A stretch of 63,869 nt of DNA, counting the filler, from Octopus bimaculoides (Eukaryota), in the NCBI RefSeq assembly GCF_001194135.2. It is 5 parts of 5 records of this genome, joined end to end, with 100 filler letters (N's around TTAATTAATTAA, not from the genome) between each part and the next. Parts side by side here need not be neighbours in the genome. Positions count along the whole stretch, not along the records: positions 51,026 to 59,088 come from NC_068985.1; positions 59,189 to 63,869 come from NC_069002.1; 3 more parts are not named here. One strand, 5' to 3'. Shown piece by piece: positions 52,318 through 63,869 of this stretch. Below the pieces are notes generated by a model, which saw nothing but the letters and a program-made list of their open reading frames with translations, did no database searches and was not told the DNA's origin. Made by a program: the position numbers and the translations under genes. Within the stretch, counting starts at the first letter, position 1. Each line of letters begins with the position of its first letter.

Positions 52318-52384
52318 GAGCCATAGGTTCAATTCTATATGAAGCTATATGAAGAAACCAGAGACTGTGGTCAAACCCTGGTTA

Positions 52385-52648
52385 ACCACATGATCGCGTG
52401 AATGACCAGACTATCAGATGTTGTTACACATCGCTAGTCACAATGCGCTTTGCATCGTTTTAGCTTTCGAATGACACTACCCCACTGGCTAGGCAAGGAG
52501 GCTAACATTACTCGCTGATCAAAAGGAGGACTGGAGCAATGTGAAATGAAGTCCTTTGCTCAAGATCAGAATGCGCCGCTCAGTGTGGGAATCGAACCTA
52601 CGATCTAACGACCGTAAATGCAACAGCCTAACCACTAGGTCACGCACT
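52385..52648 (-). mobile_element. Third tRNA-derived SINE family
   Basis: Minus strand GCGTGACCTAGTGGTTAGG (A box) ... GGTTCGATTCCC (B box), then CTTGAGCAAAGGACTTCATTTCACATTGCTCCAG. Confidence 0.75.
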
Positions 52649-52654
52649 TTCAAT

Positions 52655-52701
<47 letters not shown>

Positions 52702-52829
52702 ACATATGTATATATACATATATATTTGCATACATAAATATATACATACATGCATACATATATATTTGCATACATACATACATACATACATACAAACATA
52801 CATACATACATACATACATACATACATAC

Positions 52830-53500
52830 ATAGTGACCTTACTCAGCAATATACCAGTCCCAGCGTTCCTGCCACTTTTGGAATCCAGTCTGGAAGTTGT
52901 TTTCTGTGAGCGAGTAGAAGACCTTTTCCGAATCGCTCTGGATCTCAACAACGGTGTTAAAGCGGCAACATTTGAGTTGGATTTTCCTTTGGGGAAGAGA
53001 TGGAAATCCGTAGGTGTTAAATCGGGCGGAAGTGATACCATGTTGTTTTTGGCGGGAAAATCTCGAATGAGGAGAGCTCCGTTACAAGGTGCATTGTCGT
53101 CGTGAAGAATCTAATTCTTCGCACTCCACAGATCCGGTTGCTTTCGCCGAATGTTCTCCTTCAGACACTCCAAAACATCACAGTACAACTTACAATTGAC
53201 AGTCTGATGCTGGGGGATACATTCTCGATGCACAATACCACATTCCCGAGGGTGACGCTCATGGCAGGTCTTCTAGATTGCTCATCGTCTTCCAGGGACG
53301 TTCTTCCGCTTATGAAGCACCCATGCCACTCGAAACATTGCGTACTACCCATTGCCTCGTCCCCGTAAGCTTGCCGAAGCATGCTCAATGTCTCTGTAGC
53401 AGACTTACCAATTTTAACGCAAAATTTCACGTTGGCTCTTTCCTCCTGTCCATGACGAAATCGCAGACTACAGCATACATGTGATCACATAAACACAAAT
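52830..53500 (-). mobile_element. Mariner deletion derivative
   Basis: KFCVKIGKSATETLSMLRQAYGDEAMGSTQCFEW...GRTSLEDD HTH and SLPPDLTPTDFHLFPK (YSPDLAP-like). Confidence 0.85.
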
Positions 53501-53709
53501 TTCACAACTTGCGAAGTAAACAGAGCGACTTAATCCCTTTGTCTGTCCTTGTTTGTCTCCTGTGTGTAGCCCCTTGTGGGTAGTAAAGAAATAACACACA
53601 CACACACACACACACACATATATTAAATATCTGGGCACTGGTTCTCATATAAAAATTTTTAATGGATTCTCCTTCCAAATAACGCATATATGAAGTGCAA
53701 GACGCAGAA

Positions 53710-53975
53710 TCTAGCATACTGCATAACCTGCCCTAATTGCGAAGGGAACTATATTGGCGGAACCAACAATTTCCCTTGCCAACTTGCAAGAATCCATAGA
53801 CAACACATCATACATAAGAGTTATGTAAGATTCCGCTGAGCAAGCATCTGGAAATATGCAGAAACAGCAGATTCGAAATCTTTTCTTTCTGCAAATGCCC
53901 AAGAGATGATCCAAAATGCCGGAAGGCAATGGAACTACATTTTATATAAAAAAAATTTTACTTGAACTAAATGTG
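53710..53975 (+). mobile_element. Penelope-like GIY-YIG endonuclease fragment
   Basis: ITCPNCEGNYIG...RIHRQHI...PLSKHLEIC...ELHFI...ELN, across frameshifts. Confidence 0.65.
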
Positions 53976-54470
53976 TAAAAAGTATATCTATAAAAATATA
54001 AGAAATCCTTATTAAAAACTTAGTTACCGGCATGAAGTAAACAAGATTAATACTAGATATTATCATTAACAATATTCTCATTACTATTGCTAAAATAACT
54101 GGAAAAATTCATTTAAACAGCCGACACACAACACACATATACTCTCACATACATATGCTTAAACGCAGGCGCAGATACAAACACACACACACACACACAT
54201 TTAAAAGCCTTTCCAAATAATTCCGTAGATTCTATTTCTCTACTGCTGGCTAATATGACACCTGATCAAAAATATTTTGTCAGTCGTTGTTGTTGGCACT
54301 CCGTCGCTTACGACGTCGAAGGTGCCCCCGTTTTGAAATAGATCCTTGATGTGTGCGTGTGTTTTACTTTTTACGTGTTTCAGTCATTAGAATGCGGCCA
54401 TGCTGTGGCACCGACTTGAAAACTTTTTAGTCGAATGTTCAGTACTTATTTTATTATTATTATTATTATT

Positions 54471-54846
54471 CAGTAGTTTTATTTTTATAACGTACTTTCA
54501 CTTCACTACCGAGCGCAGCTCTGTGCGCCTTGGGTATGTGCTGTGGTTTGCTGTGGTGCTCTTATGTTTACTGTATTGAAAGTGTTTTGCGTAGAATGTG
54601 TGCAGTACCCAGTAGTGCAATTTTCTGTATGTTATATATATTTGTAAGTCCTGGTGTTTTTGTTATGTATTTGTCTGAATATTTTTTTATTATACCTAAG
54701 GCACCTACTATGATAGGAATTGTTTCTGTTTTTAGATTCCACATTCGAGTTATCTCTATTTCCAGGTCTTTGTATTTTGAAAGTTTTTCCATTTCTTTTA
54801 GAGAAACGTTGTCATCTGCTGGTATTGAAACATCAATTAGAAGGCA

Positions 54847-54847
<1 letters not shown>
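54471..54847 (-). mobile_element. R4/Dong 3' fragment inserted into an OR-like SINE (SINE halves ~54355-54447 and ~54886-55010)
   Basis: CLLIDVSIPADDNVSLKEMEKLSKYKDLEIEI...IIVGALG...QKIALLGTAHILRK; (ATT)n on both sides. Confidence 0.87.
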
Positions 54848-54883
<36 letters not shown>

Positions 54884-54998
54884 GCTAATCCTGGTACTTA
54901 TTCTATCGGTCTCTTTTGTCGAGCTACTAAGATACAAGGACGTAAACACACTAACACCAATTGTCAAGCGGTGGTGGGGAACAAACACGAACAGAAAG

Positions 54999-55091
<93 letters not shown>

Positions 55092-55289
55092 AAGAAAGAG
55101 AGAGAGAGAAAGAGAGAGAAAGAAAGAGAGAGAGAGAGCAAGAGAAAACAGAGTAAAGCAACAGAGTGGGGAGTGAGTGACAATCAGAGGTGGTAATGGA
55201 GGCGGACAGCATTCAAAACTTTTGCTCTTAAGAGACTGCAAATTTTTATCGCAAATTGTATTTAGTTTATCAGTTCCATACACCTTGTC

Positions 55290-57010
55290 ACCCAATGTCA
55301 TCCTCAAACTTGACCTTAAGAATGCCTTCAACTCCATCACCCACGATGCTGTCCTCAGCTCAGTAAGAGAGAAGGTTCCACAACTCTACCGCCTCGCATG
55401 GCAGGCTTACCAGGAGCCCTCCTCTCTTTCGGTGATCAAATCATCACCTCCACCTCAGGAGTCCAACAGTGCACCCACTCGGTCCCGCTCTCTTCGCACT
55501 GGGCATTGATGACGTCACCAAGATGGCCGTCGAGCTATACCTCAACGTCTGGTGTCTCAACGATGCTTGTTTGGGGTGGGGGGGATACCTCCGGACAGGG
55601 TTCTCGCCATTGCTAGCATGATGGTTGAGGAGCTTGGTCGCTGGGGCCTTCAAGTACACAGCTCCAAATGTGAGCTCTGAATCCTCAACCACCCGGCTTC
55701 TCAACATCAACCAACTGTTGACCTTTTTGCAGAGTCCTTCCCATCTATTGCAGTCCCTCCCCCATCGGCTTGGTGCTCTCTCTCGGTGCCCCAATCACTG
55801 ACCTTGCCTTTGAGTCCATCTTCCGGTCGAAGGTGGCTACCCTTGAGCAATTGCTGAAAAATATTGAAGCTATCGAACCCCATCAAGGTCTCTTCATAGT
55901 TAGGAATTACCTCTCGATCCCTAAGCTTCTATATTTACTCAGAATCAGCTCATCTTACCGATTCCCATCGTGTCTCCAACGTTTCGACAAACTAATCTTT
56001 GAGAGATTCGAATGCTTAGTCAATGTCAGACTCTCTCCAATATCCCGCAATCAGGCTGCATTGCCCAAGCGATTTGGAGGTCTTCGTCTTCGTAAATGTT
56101 CATCCATCTCTCTCCTCTGCTTCCTTTCCTCTACTCGCGCCTGCTTCACTCTGGTGAGTACCATCCTCTCCTCTCCAACATGGACCAATTCCAACAGGGG
56201 GTTGGATGAAGCTCTCCAACACTGGTGGTAATTGGGCTTGTCTGCTCCTGAGAAGATGGAGGACTATCGTAGCCAGAGAGCTTGAGGCAACATAATTTCG
56301 AGGGCCACTTTCGACTCCTTCTTCATCCAATCGGACCAGTTTTCAAGATGCCGCTTACTGTCTGCTAGCGCCAAATACTCAGGTGACTGAATTGAGGCCA
56401 TCCCTGTGGCTAATGTTGGTGACCTACTCAGCTTGGACGAACTTCGTGTCTCCATTGCCCTCAGAGTGGAGCTGACGTATGCACGGGTTTGATCTGTCGT
56501 TGTGGCAGGCTCCTCGACTCCACAGGCCTCTTGACGCCTAAATGCTGGTCGCTTCACGCGTCATACGGAGTTGAACCTGATACTCAAAAGGAGCTTGGCC
56601 CGGGCAAACATCCCCTCCATCTTGGAACTATCTACATTGTCCAGATGTGATGGGAAGAGATCTGACGGCCTCACCTTGTACCCCTGGTCGCAAAGCAGAT
56701 ACCTTTTCTGGGATGTCACAGTGAGCGACTCCTTTGCTTCTTCTCACATCCTGGATGCTGCAGTCAGGGTGAGATCCACAGCTTCTGTGGCCGAGCGGAA
56801 CAAAATCCTGAAATACCACGATCTGTCGGCCAACTACATTTTCCATCTTGTGGTGTTCGAGACGTTTGGTGGGGTCGGACCACTTACTGGGAGATTCTTG
56901 TCTTCACTGGCAACTCGCCTTGCAGCGGGCGCTTGGCTGTTCCAGCACATCAGCTTCGCCCTCACTTGCGGCAATGCTACAAGAAGCGTGTGGCGTGTCT
57001 CAATAGCCAT
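55290..57010 (+). mobile_element. CRE-clade non-LTR retrotransposon (RT, CCHC, REL endonuclease), degenerate
   Basis: LKLDLKNAFNSI, SGVQQ, LSLGAPI, QAALPKRFGGLRLR, CRCG, GKRSDGLTLYPW...WDVTV, AERNKILKY, FETFG, QHISFALTCGNA. Confidence 0.85.
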
Positions 57011-57855
57011 TAAAAAGGTTTCCCAACGCCCCCAACTTTTTAACCCAAAGTGGTGAATTGTTTTTGTTTGTTTTTGTTTTTGTTTCATTTTTTCCTTTTT
57101 TCNNNNNNNNNNNNNNNNNNNNNNNNNNNNNNNNNNNNNNNNNNNNNNNNNNNNNNNNNNNNNNNNNNNNNNNNNNNNNNNNNNNNNNNNNNNNNNNNNN
57201 NNNNNNNNNNNNNNNNNNNNNNNNNNNNNNNNNNNNNNNNNNNNNNNNNNNNNNNNNNNNNNNNNNNNNNNNNNNNNNNNNNNNNNNNNNNNNNNNNNNN
57301 NNNNNNNNNNNNNNNNNNNNNNNNNNNNNNNNNNNNNNNNNNNNNNNNNNNNNNNNNNNNNNNNNNNNNNNNNNNNNNNNNNNNNNNNNNNNNNNNNNNN
57401 NNNNNNNNNNNNNNNNNNNNNNNNNNNNNNNNNNNNNNNNNNNNNNNNNNNNNNNNNNNNNNNNNNNNNNNNNNNNNNNNNNNNNNNNNNNNNNNNNNNN
57501 NNNNNNNNNNNNNNNNNNNNNNNNNNNNNNNNNNNNNNNNNNNNNNNNNNNNNNNNNNNNNNNNNNNNNNNNNNNNNNNNNNNNNNNNNNNNNNNNNNNN
57601 NNNNNNNNNNNNNNNNNNNNNNNNNNNNNNNNNNNNNNNNNNNNNNNNNNNNNNNNNNNNNNNNNNNNNNNNNNNNNNNNNNNNNNNNNNNNNNNNNNNN
57701 NNNNNNNNNNNNNNNNNNNNNNNNNNNNNNNNNNNNNNNNNNNNNNNNNNNNNNNNNNNNNNNNNNNNNNNNNNNNNNNNNNNNNNNNNNNNNNNNNNNN
57801 NNNNNNNNNNNNNNNNNNNNNNNNNNNNNNNNNNNNNNNNNNNNNNNNNNATATA

Positions 57856-58015
57856 TTTGAAGAAAAGCAACAAAAAATCAAGAGGTTATAGCAGTACGTA
57901 CGTTTCGTACAAGCTCCATTCATTCATGTAGTGATAACACTACATGACTAAATGGAGCTTGTACGAAACGTACGTACTGCTATAACCTCTTGATTTTTTT
58001 GTTGCTTTCTTCAAA
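57856..58015. repeat. Near-perfect ~160-bp inverted repeat with a 4-nt loop (ATAA, 57934-57937)
   Basis: ~78-bp arms with two single-base indels and one 3-nt internal loop (CAT vs CTA). Confidence 0.92.
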
Positions 58016-58789
58016 TTTTATTCACCAAATCTCTTCATTTTGTTTTTGGTTTTTACCCTACCAAATTCTGGTGCCTCAAACATTATATATATATAAGAAG
58101 GATTCACAAAAAAAAAGACAAAGACAGGTGGTGTAGACAAGATCGGAAGNNNNNNNNNNNNNNNNNNNNNNNNNNNNNNNNNNNNNNNNNNNNNNNNNNN
58201 NNNNNNNNNNNNNNNNNNNNNNNNNNNNNNNNNNNNNNNNNNNNNNNNNNNNNNNNNNNNNNNNNNNNNNNNNNNNNNNNNNNNNNNNNNNNNNNNNNNN
58301 NNNNNNNNNNNNNNNNNNNNNNNNNNNNNNNNNNNNNNNNNNNNNNNNNNNNNNNNNNNNNNNNNNNNNNNNNNNNNNNNNNNNNNNNNNNNNNNNNNNN
58401 NNNNNNNNNNNNNNNNNNNNNNNNNNNNNNNNNNNNNNNNNNNNNNNNNNNNNNNNNNNNNNNNNNNNNNNNNNNNNNNNNNNNNNNNNNNNNNNNNNNN
58501 NNNNNNNNNNNNNNNNNNNNNNNNNNNNNNNNNNNNNNNNNNNNNNNNNNNNNNNNNNNNNNNNNNNNNNNNNNNNNNNNNNNNNNNNNNNNNNNNNNNN
58601 NNNNNNNNNNNNNNNNNNNNNNNNNNNNNNNNNNNNNNNNNNNNNNNNNNNNNNNNNNNNNNNNNNNNNNNNNNNNNNNNNNNNNNNNNNNNNNNNNNNN
58701 NNNNNNNNNNNNNNNNNNNNNNNNNNNNNNNNNNNNNNNNNNNNNNNNNNNNNNNNNNNNNNNNNNNNNNNNNNNNNNNGTGCGTGCGT

Positions 58790-59088
58790 GGTGTGATGCG
58801 AGGGTATTGGTGTGATGTGATGTGAGGGTGTTGGGAGGTGGGGAAGGCATGGGTGGAGTGTGGTTAGGCTGAGGGTGGGGTAGAGGTAGGGGTATGTGGG
58901 TATGTGTGGGTAGGTGGGTAGAGGGGTGTAAGGAATTGGATGGGGTGGAGTGGGAAGGTAGAGTAGGATTGTGTTGGGGTGTGGTGGGATGAGCTTATGA
59001 GGGGGTGTTGACGATGAAGGGGGAAGGGGAAGGTGGATGTAGGAGAGGGGGAAGGTGGGTATGGGAGGGGAGAGAAAGAGAGGAGAGA
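58790..59088 (+). repeat. G-rich tract with many GGG/GGGG runs
   Basis: Visible G runs between two gaps. Confidence 0.75.
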
Positions 59089-59214
59089 NNNNNNNNNNNN
59101 NNNNNNNNNNNNNNNNNNNNNNNNNNNNNNNNTTAATTAATTAANNNNNNNNNNNNNNNNNNNNNNNNNNNNNNNNNNNNNNNNNNNNTAATTATATATA
59201 CATTTATTGATTGG

Positions 59215-59425
59215 CTTCGAATTTCCGCACAGGGACAGCAAGTTCGGTGGGGGTAAGTGTATTACATTGACTCTGGTTTTCGACCGGTACTGCTTCTATC
59301 GTTCTCGTATGATGAACTGCAACGTCAGCGTCGGTGAAATTTTAACCTAGAACAATAATACGGACGAAATGCTGCTAAGCATTGTTCCCAGTGTGGTAAT
59401 GATCCTGTCAGCATGCCACCCTTAG
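59215..59425 (-). mobile_element. Diverged OK-like SINE
   Basis: Reverse complement of the family seen at 44092. Confidence 0.65.
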
Positions 59426-61705
59426 AAAGATATTTATATAATAATGGAAGAAACTTACACAGAGTACAAAGACAGAGAAAAATAAAGAGAAGTTACGGTG
59501 TTACAAGTCCACCACTTGTTTGAGGGACCTCGGATTTACTTCCTAACTTTGGCAGATATAATTCAACAGAATGATGTAACCAGTGACAGAAGCAATATCT
59601 ACCTCATCAACAACTTATGTACACAAACGCAAATCATAAAAACTTTCCCTACATCTTATCTTGGTCTATCGTCACTCTGGCTCCACTGTACAACTCTTAC
59701 CTCAGCGTTTGTAAACTGTGCTTAAGGGAATCGTTCACCATCCTTCGCAGCCACAACCCTCATTACTTAATAAATTCTCAGATGTAATCCTCTCATGTAA
59801 ACACAGATTGTACTCACCAGTTTCCCATTCTGTTAAATCTATGTAATTCCTTAGTTACGATTAACATTCATTACGATTAAACTTTAGTTACAACTTGGTC
59901 GCAGTACTAAAATATCCGTCTCACAAATACCACCCTTTCTACTAAATAACCGTTCTTAATATTACATTTGCACATTCATCTTACCCGACAAATTCCCCTT
60001 TACATCCACATCATCTTCGTTCTTTGAATTATTTTCCCATCTGCTCATAGCTCCTCCACAATGAAAAGCAACTAACAACAACCTATTACTGCCTTCTCTA
60101 CCAACCTATTACTCCCTTTGTCGCTCCCTGTCCACCGTCTGCTATTAAACTCTCATACAATTCTACACCTTAATTCTATGAATTTCTCCCTCTCCATTCT
60201 ACTAGCATCTATAACTGAACCCTATACTTTTTTGTTGTATATGTTCTTTGTTTTCTATTTGGTTGTCTTCATATCTGTGGCTGCTAATATATTCCTCCGG
60301 AGAAAATATATTCAAATTGACCTAATGACATGTGAATGATACGTATGTGTCCCATTTAAAACTAATTTCTTTCATACTTGCTGTTGGTAAAATGACAAGC
60401 GTCGACAAGTACATTTTGTGGAGAAGTGTTAAAGTATCAATTCCAAATATATTGTCGTTTCGTTCTCGTTTCTTTTACTAAATTCAGTTACAATTACAAA
60501 TAAATACATGGGTGTAAACTCCGTTTTTACATAACGACAGATGCAAGAAAAGGTGAGTATAATAGGAAGACAATTCTAAATTTCGGTCTAAAAGTTATCT
60601 GTCACAAAGATATGATAAGAATTAAATTTCTTACCTAGTTCATTTTAACTAATCTAAAGGCAGTATTAGATATATGACTTAACGCTATTGTGGAGGAAAG
60701 CAACATCTCGGACCATTGTAGTAAGAAAGTTAAATACAAGAAGTGTATGTGACAGTGAGTGACATAGCTTGCAGAAGGCACGCTATCCACTAACTAAAAT
60801 AGGAAAAAATCCAAGCTTTTAAAACTCCCCATGGAAGTTTCTAGAAGCGTTCCGAAATATATTTTAGAATACTGGCTAAAATTCTCGCTAAAACCTAGAA
60901 TAATTTCGGCTGAAATCTTTTGAACCAATGAGAGAACAAAGCCGCCAAAACAAACAGCTCTCACTACAACCTCCCCTTAATACTCGCCCTTGCTTTATTC
61001 ACTCTCTTAACTCCCCTACTATCCCCAAATTGTGCCATCTATTCACAAACCCAACAACAATGACCACCTTCCAAATACTAAACATCCCACCTATCCCACG
61101 TATATCCGAACTCTTAACTTCTATTACTTCTCTGAATAGCCTAATCGTTAACTCTACCATCTTTCTTAGCTCACGCTCTTATCTCTTCTTGCCCTTCCTT
61201 GTTTCAATACTCCTTACATCTCTATCGAGCTACCAACTCCCACCCTACACTTCACCTTGCCTCCCACTTCATCCATTCGACGTTTACATTTCTCTGGATT
61301 GTGATCTGAAATGTTGGATTTTTATCTCTCCATCTTGAAGACGGACGCTGGATCAACACATTTGATTTCATTTCTGATTTATTTGATTCCATTAATGGTT
61401 ACTAATTCTGGTGGACATCTTTCAACATAATGCAGTAAATCCGCGCTCCCAGAAACAGCAGACGGATTTGTAACATCATGCAGCCTTCCTTTTAATTTTC
61501 TGTGTCTTTGTATGCTCTATAAGTTTGGTCTGTTAATATATAAATATCATTATCTTTATACCTGCATATTCATAATCTGAAACTTTATAGATTTCACTTT
61601 TTCACTATCTACATGTGTACTTGTTCGTATACACACACACACACGCACACACATACACACACACACACTCACACATACATACATGCACGCACACATACAC
61701 ATAAA

Positions 61706-61741
<36 letters not shown>

Positions 61742-63653
61742 NNNNNNNNNNNNNNNNNNNNNNNNNNNNNNNNNNNNNNNNNNNNNNNNNNNNNNNNNNN
61801 NNNNNNNNNNNNNNNNNNNNNNNNNNNNNNNNNNNNNNNNNNNNNNNNNNNNNNNNNNNNNNNNNNNNNNNNNNNNNNNNNNNNNNNNNNNNNNNNNNNN
61901 NNNNNNNNNNNNNNNNNNNNNNNNNNNNNNNNNNNNNNNNNNNNNNNNNNNNNNNNNNNNNNNNNNNNNNNNNNNNNNNNNNNNNNNNNNNNNNNNNNNN
62001 NNNNNNNNNNNCTGCACTACTCATAGCTTTTCTGCTGTCAGCTTTTTATTTCCATCAAAAGAAATGTGTTGCAGTGTGCTTAATCCGTCAAATATAAGTA
62101 TATAAATATGATAATATATGTCATTTACGCCGTGAGGAAATATTTAATCGATGTTCATTAAGTAATATCTGTTGTATTCCTTTCGACATAACTGCCACAG
62201 TTTGCAATCGTCACATCCGTCATCCTTAATGTTCCCTTTATCCCGATTGCAATCTGAAAGTTATTTTTTTTTTATCTATTTACTTTTTTTTTTTTACGCT
62301 ACAGTTATTAAAAGAGATGAATCGGCAAAATTTTTTTAAACACTCTACTCTTTGAAGTAAACCTACTATAAATATTTTCTGTTCGATATAAACCGTATGA
62401 GGTCTTGCTGAAATATTGACTATTATTTTGCCTTTGATCTCTCATTCTTTGGACTTTGAACGACTTTTTAAGAAAGGGGAATGTGTGTATACAGTGAATA
62501 AATATATAACATTGTTTTAATTTTCCTTTCTTTCTCATAGTTTTTCTTTGACATCCTTAACATGGGTAGCGATACTGGTCGTCAATGTAACTAAAGCCAA
62601 CCAGCAGAAAGAATATATCATTATGAACATCGCTAATTAGACGAAAGGGACGACAGTATGCTGACATCCATTTATCATAACTCTTAAAAAAAAGAAATGA
62701 TATCAATTAGTCCATGCAAAATATTGATCAGTTCTGTATACCTCTAGCCCTACATAATATGTTTGGTAAATATTAGTTCAATATACATCCGCATCTGTAT
62801 TTGGGAAAATGATAAATTCGAAATATATATACTGTTTCGTTTATATTTTCTATCACCAGGAAGGAAAATTCTTTTGATCTGAATAGTAGAATAAAACAAA
62901 AATAATTGTACAAATCTGATTTAGCGATACACGTTTTAAATAAGAGAGAACTCAGACTTTGTATAAATCAAATCTAAATTTGAAACATCAATCAAGGCAA
63001 GATTTACATAAATTCACCGACTGATTTACATAATTACTATCAAGTTTACAAAGTTGATTGAATAATGTGCGGTCGAAGAGTGTCTTGTATATTTACAGTT
63101 TCACACGTTGAATTAAAGAAATTTTTGATACGTGAAGATGTAGCCAAATGTATCCTAGAGATAACTAATAAGTCGTTTGGGATTCGTACCACTAGGAACG
63201 AAATACAAAATTATTTCGTATTAAGTATAACTGAATGGAAACACTTTATAGAAAATAATTGAATGTTTGTAATAGATGATTCATTTCTGTCCCACAACAC
63301 TAGTAGAGTTATGTTTTCAAACTGGTTCAATTTGATATCCTAATATTTTATCTAAATTATCATTACCGCGATTTACAAATGTGTGAGTCTCTATAATTAC
63401 TTGTTTAGGTGTGAAAAAAAGGCTACAAATTAAATATGTTAGACTTGCTTTTTGTAGAGTAATTTGTAACCAATACCCAGACCTAAAAACAGAAAATATG
63501 GCTCTATAAGAAATAATTCTCCGCCACTGCTTATTGGTTCCAATACCACACGCGACAAAACTGAAAAAAATTGTAAACGGTCAAATATTTTCGATACTCA
63601 AATAATATTATTTACTGAAAAGAGTTGCATTGATAAGAGTATAATTATTACAC

Positions 63654-63766
63654 TTGCATTAAATATTGAGCTGACTGCGCGGAATACGTGCTGCTTCTAA
63701 TTTGTCCCACATTGGAAGCCATAATGAGATACTGGCAGCAGAAAGCGTGAAACAATTTACTGAGTA
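63654..63766 (-). CDS. Candidate exon (xLSKLFHAFCCQYLIMASNVGQIRSSTYSAQSAQYLMQ), product unknown
   Basis: Strong acceptor CCTCCTCCCTTTATCTCCCTCATTGATCTCTTCCAG|; open frame to CAA|GTGTAA; donor weak and alternative frames possible. Confidence 0.35.
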
Positions 63767-63819
63767 CTGGAAGAGATCAATGAGGGAGATAAAGGGAGGA
63801 GGTTTATAGATGTTTAAGC

Positions 63820-63869
<50 letters not shown>

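Noticed and set aside
52560-52648. Possible tRNA gene
   Set aside because: A and B boxes are present but no full cloverleaf; it continues into a SINE body. The same applies to the other SINE heads
21275-59188. Four exact TTAATTAATTAA 12-mers that resemble a conserved motif or piggyBac-type TTAA sites
   Set aside because: Each is flanked by exactly 44 N on both sides (100 bp total) and has stops in all six frames, indicating a scaffolding spacer
59460-61340. Pyrimidine-skewed tracts that may be old LINE remnants
   Set aside because: No diagnostic motif recovered by eye; left unassigned
61395-61520. Minus-strand open frame SIQRHRKLKGRLHDVTNPSAVSGSADLLHYVERCPPELVTINGIK*
   Set aside because: No pyrimidine-rich acceptor or recognisable domain; insufficient support
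2307-62105. Long ORFs in the track made mostly of X
   Set aside because: They run through N gaps and carry no coding evidence

Overview
Eukaryotic, repeat-saturated scaffold with many N gaps. SINE families, microsatellite load and TTAGGG repeats suggest an octopus genome (inference). No complete host gene, rRNA, tRNA gene or CRISPR array is supported; only two isolated candidate exons (30080-30193 +, 63654-63766 -). The first 20 kb is a nest of transposons. An intronless, roughly 930-aa DDD-type (Sola-like) transposase on the minus strand (ATG ~17516 to ~1375) is split by two Ty3/Gypsy elements (1917-7524, TSD CATT; 8645-16370, TSD GTTT) and abutted by a related solo LTR (~702-1311). Inside the second Gypsy sit a Penelope-like GIY-YIG fragment with inverted pseudo-LTRs, each carrying a hammerhead ribozyme motif, and a Merlin derivative with a perfect 8-bp TSD. 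The rest holds hAT, Tc1/mariner, Penelope, RTE, R4/Dong and CRE remnants, tRNA-derived SINEs, MITEs, minisatellites and a 160-bp hairpin. All TE ORFs are disrupted. Coordinates marked ~ are approximate.
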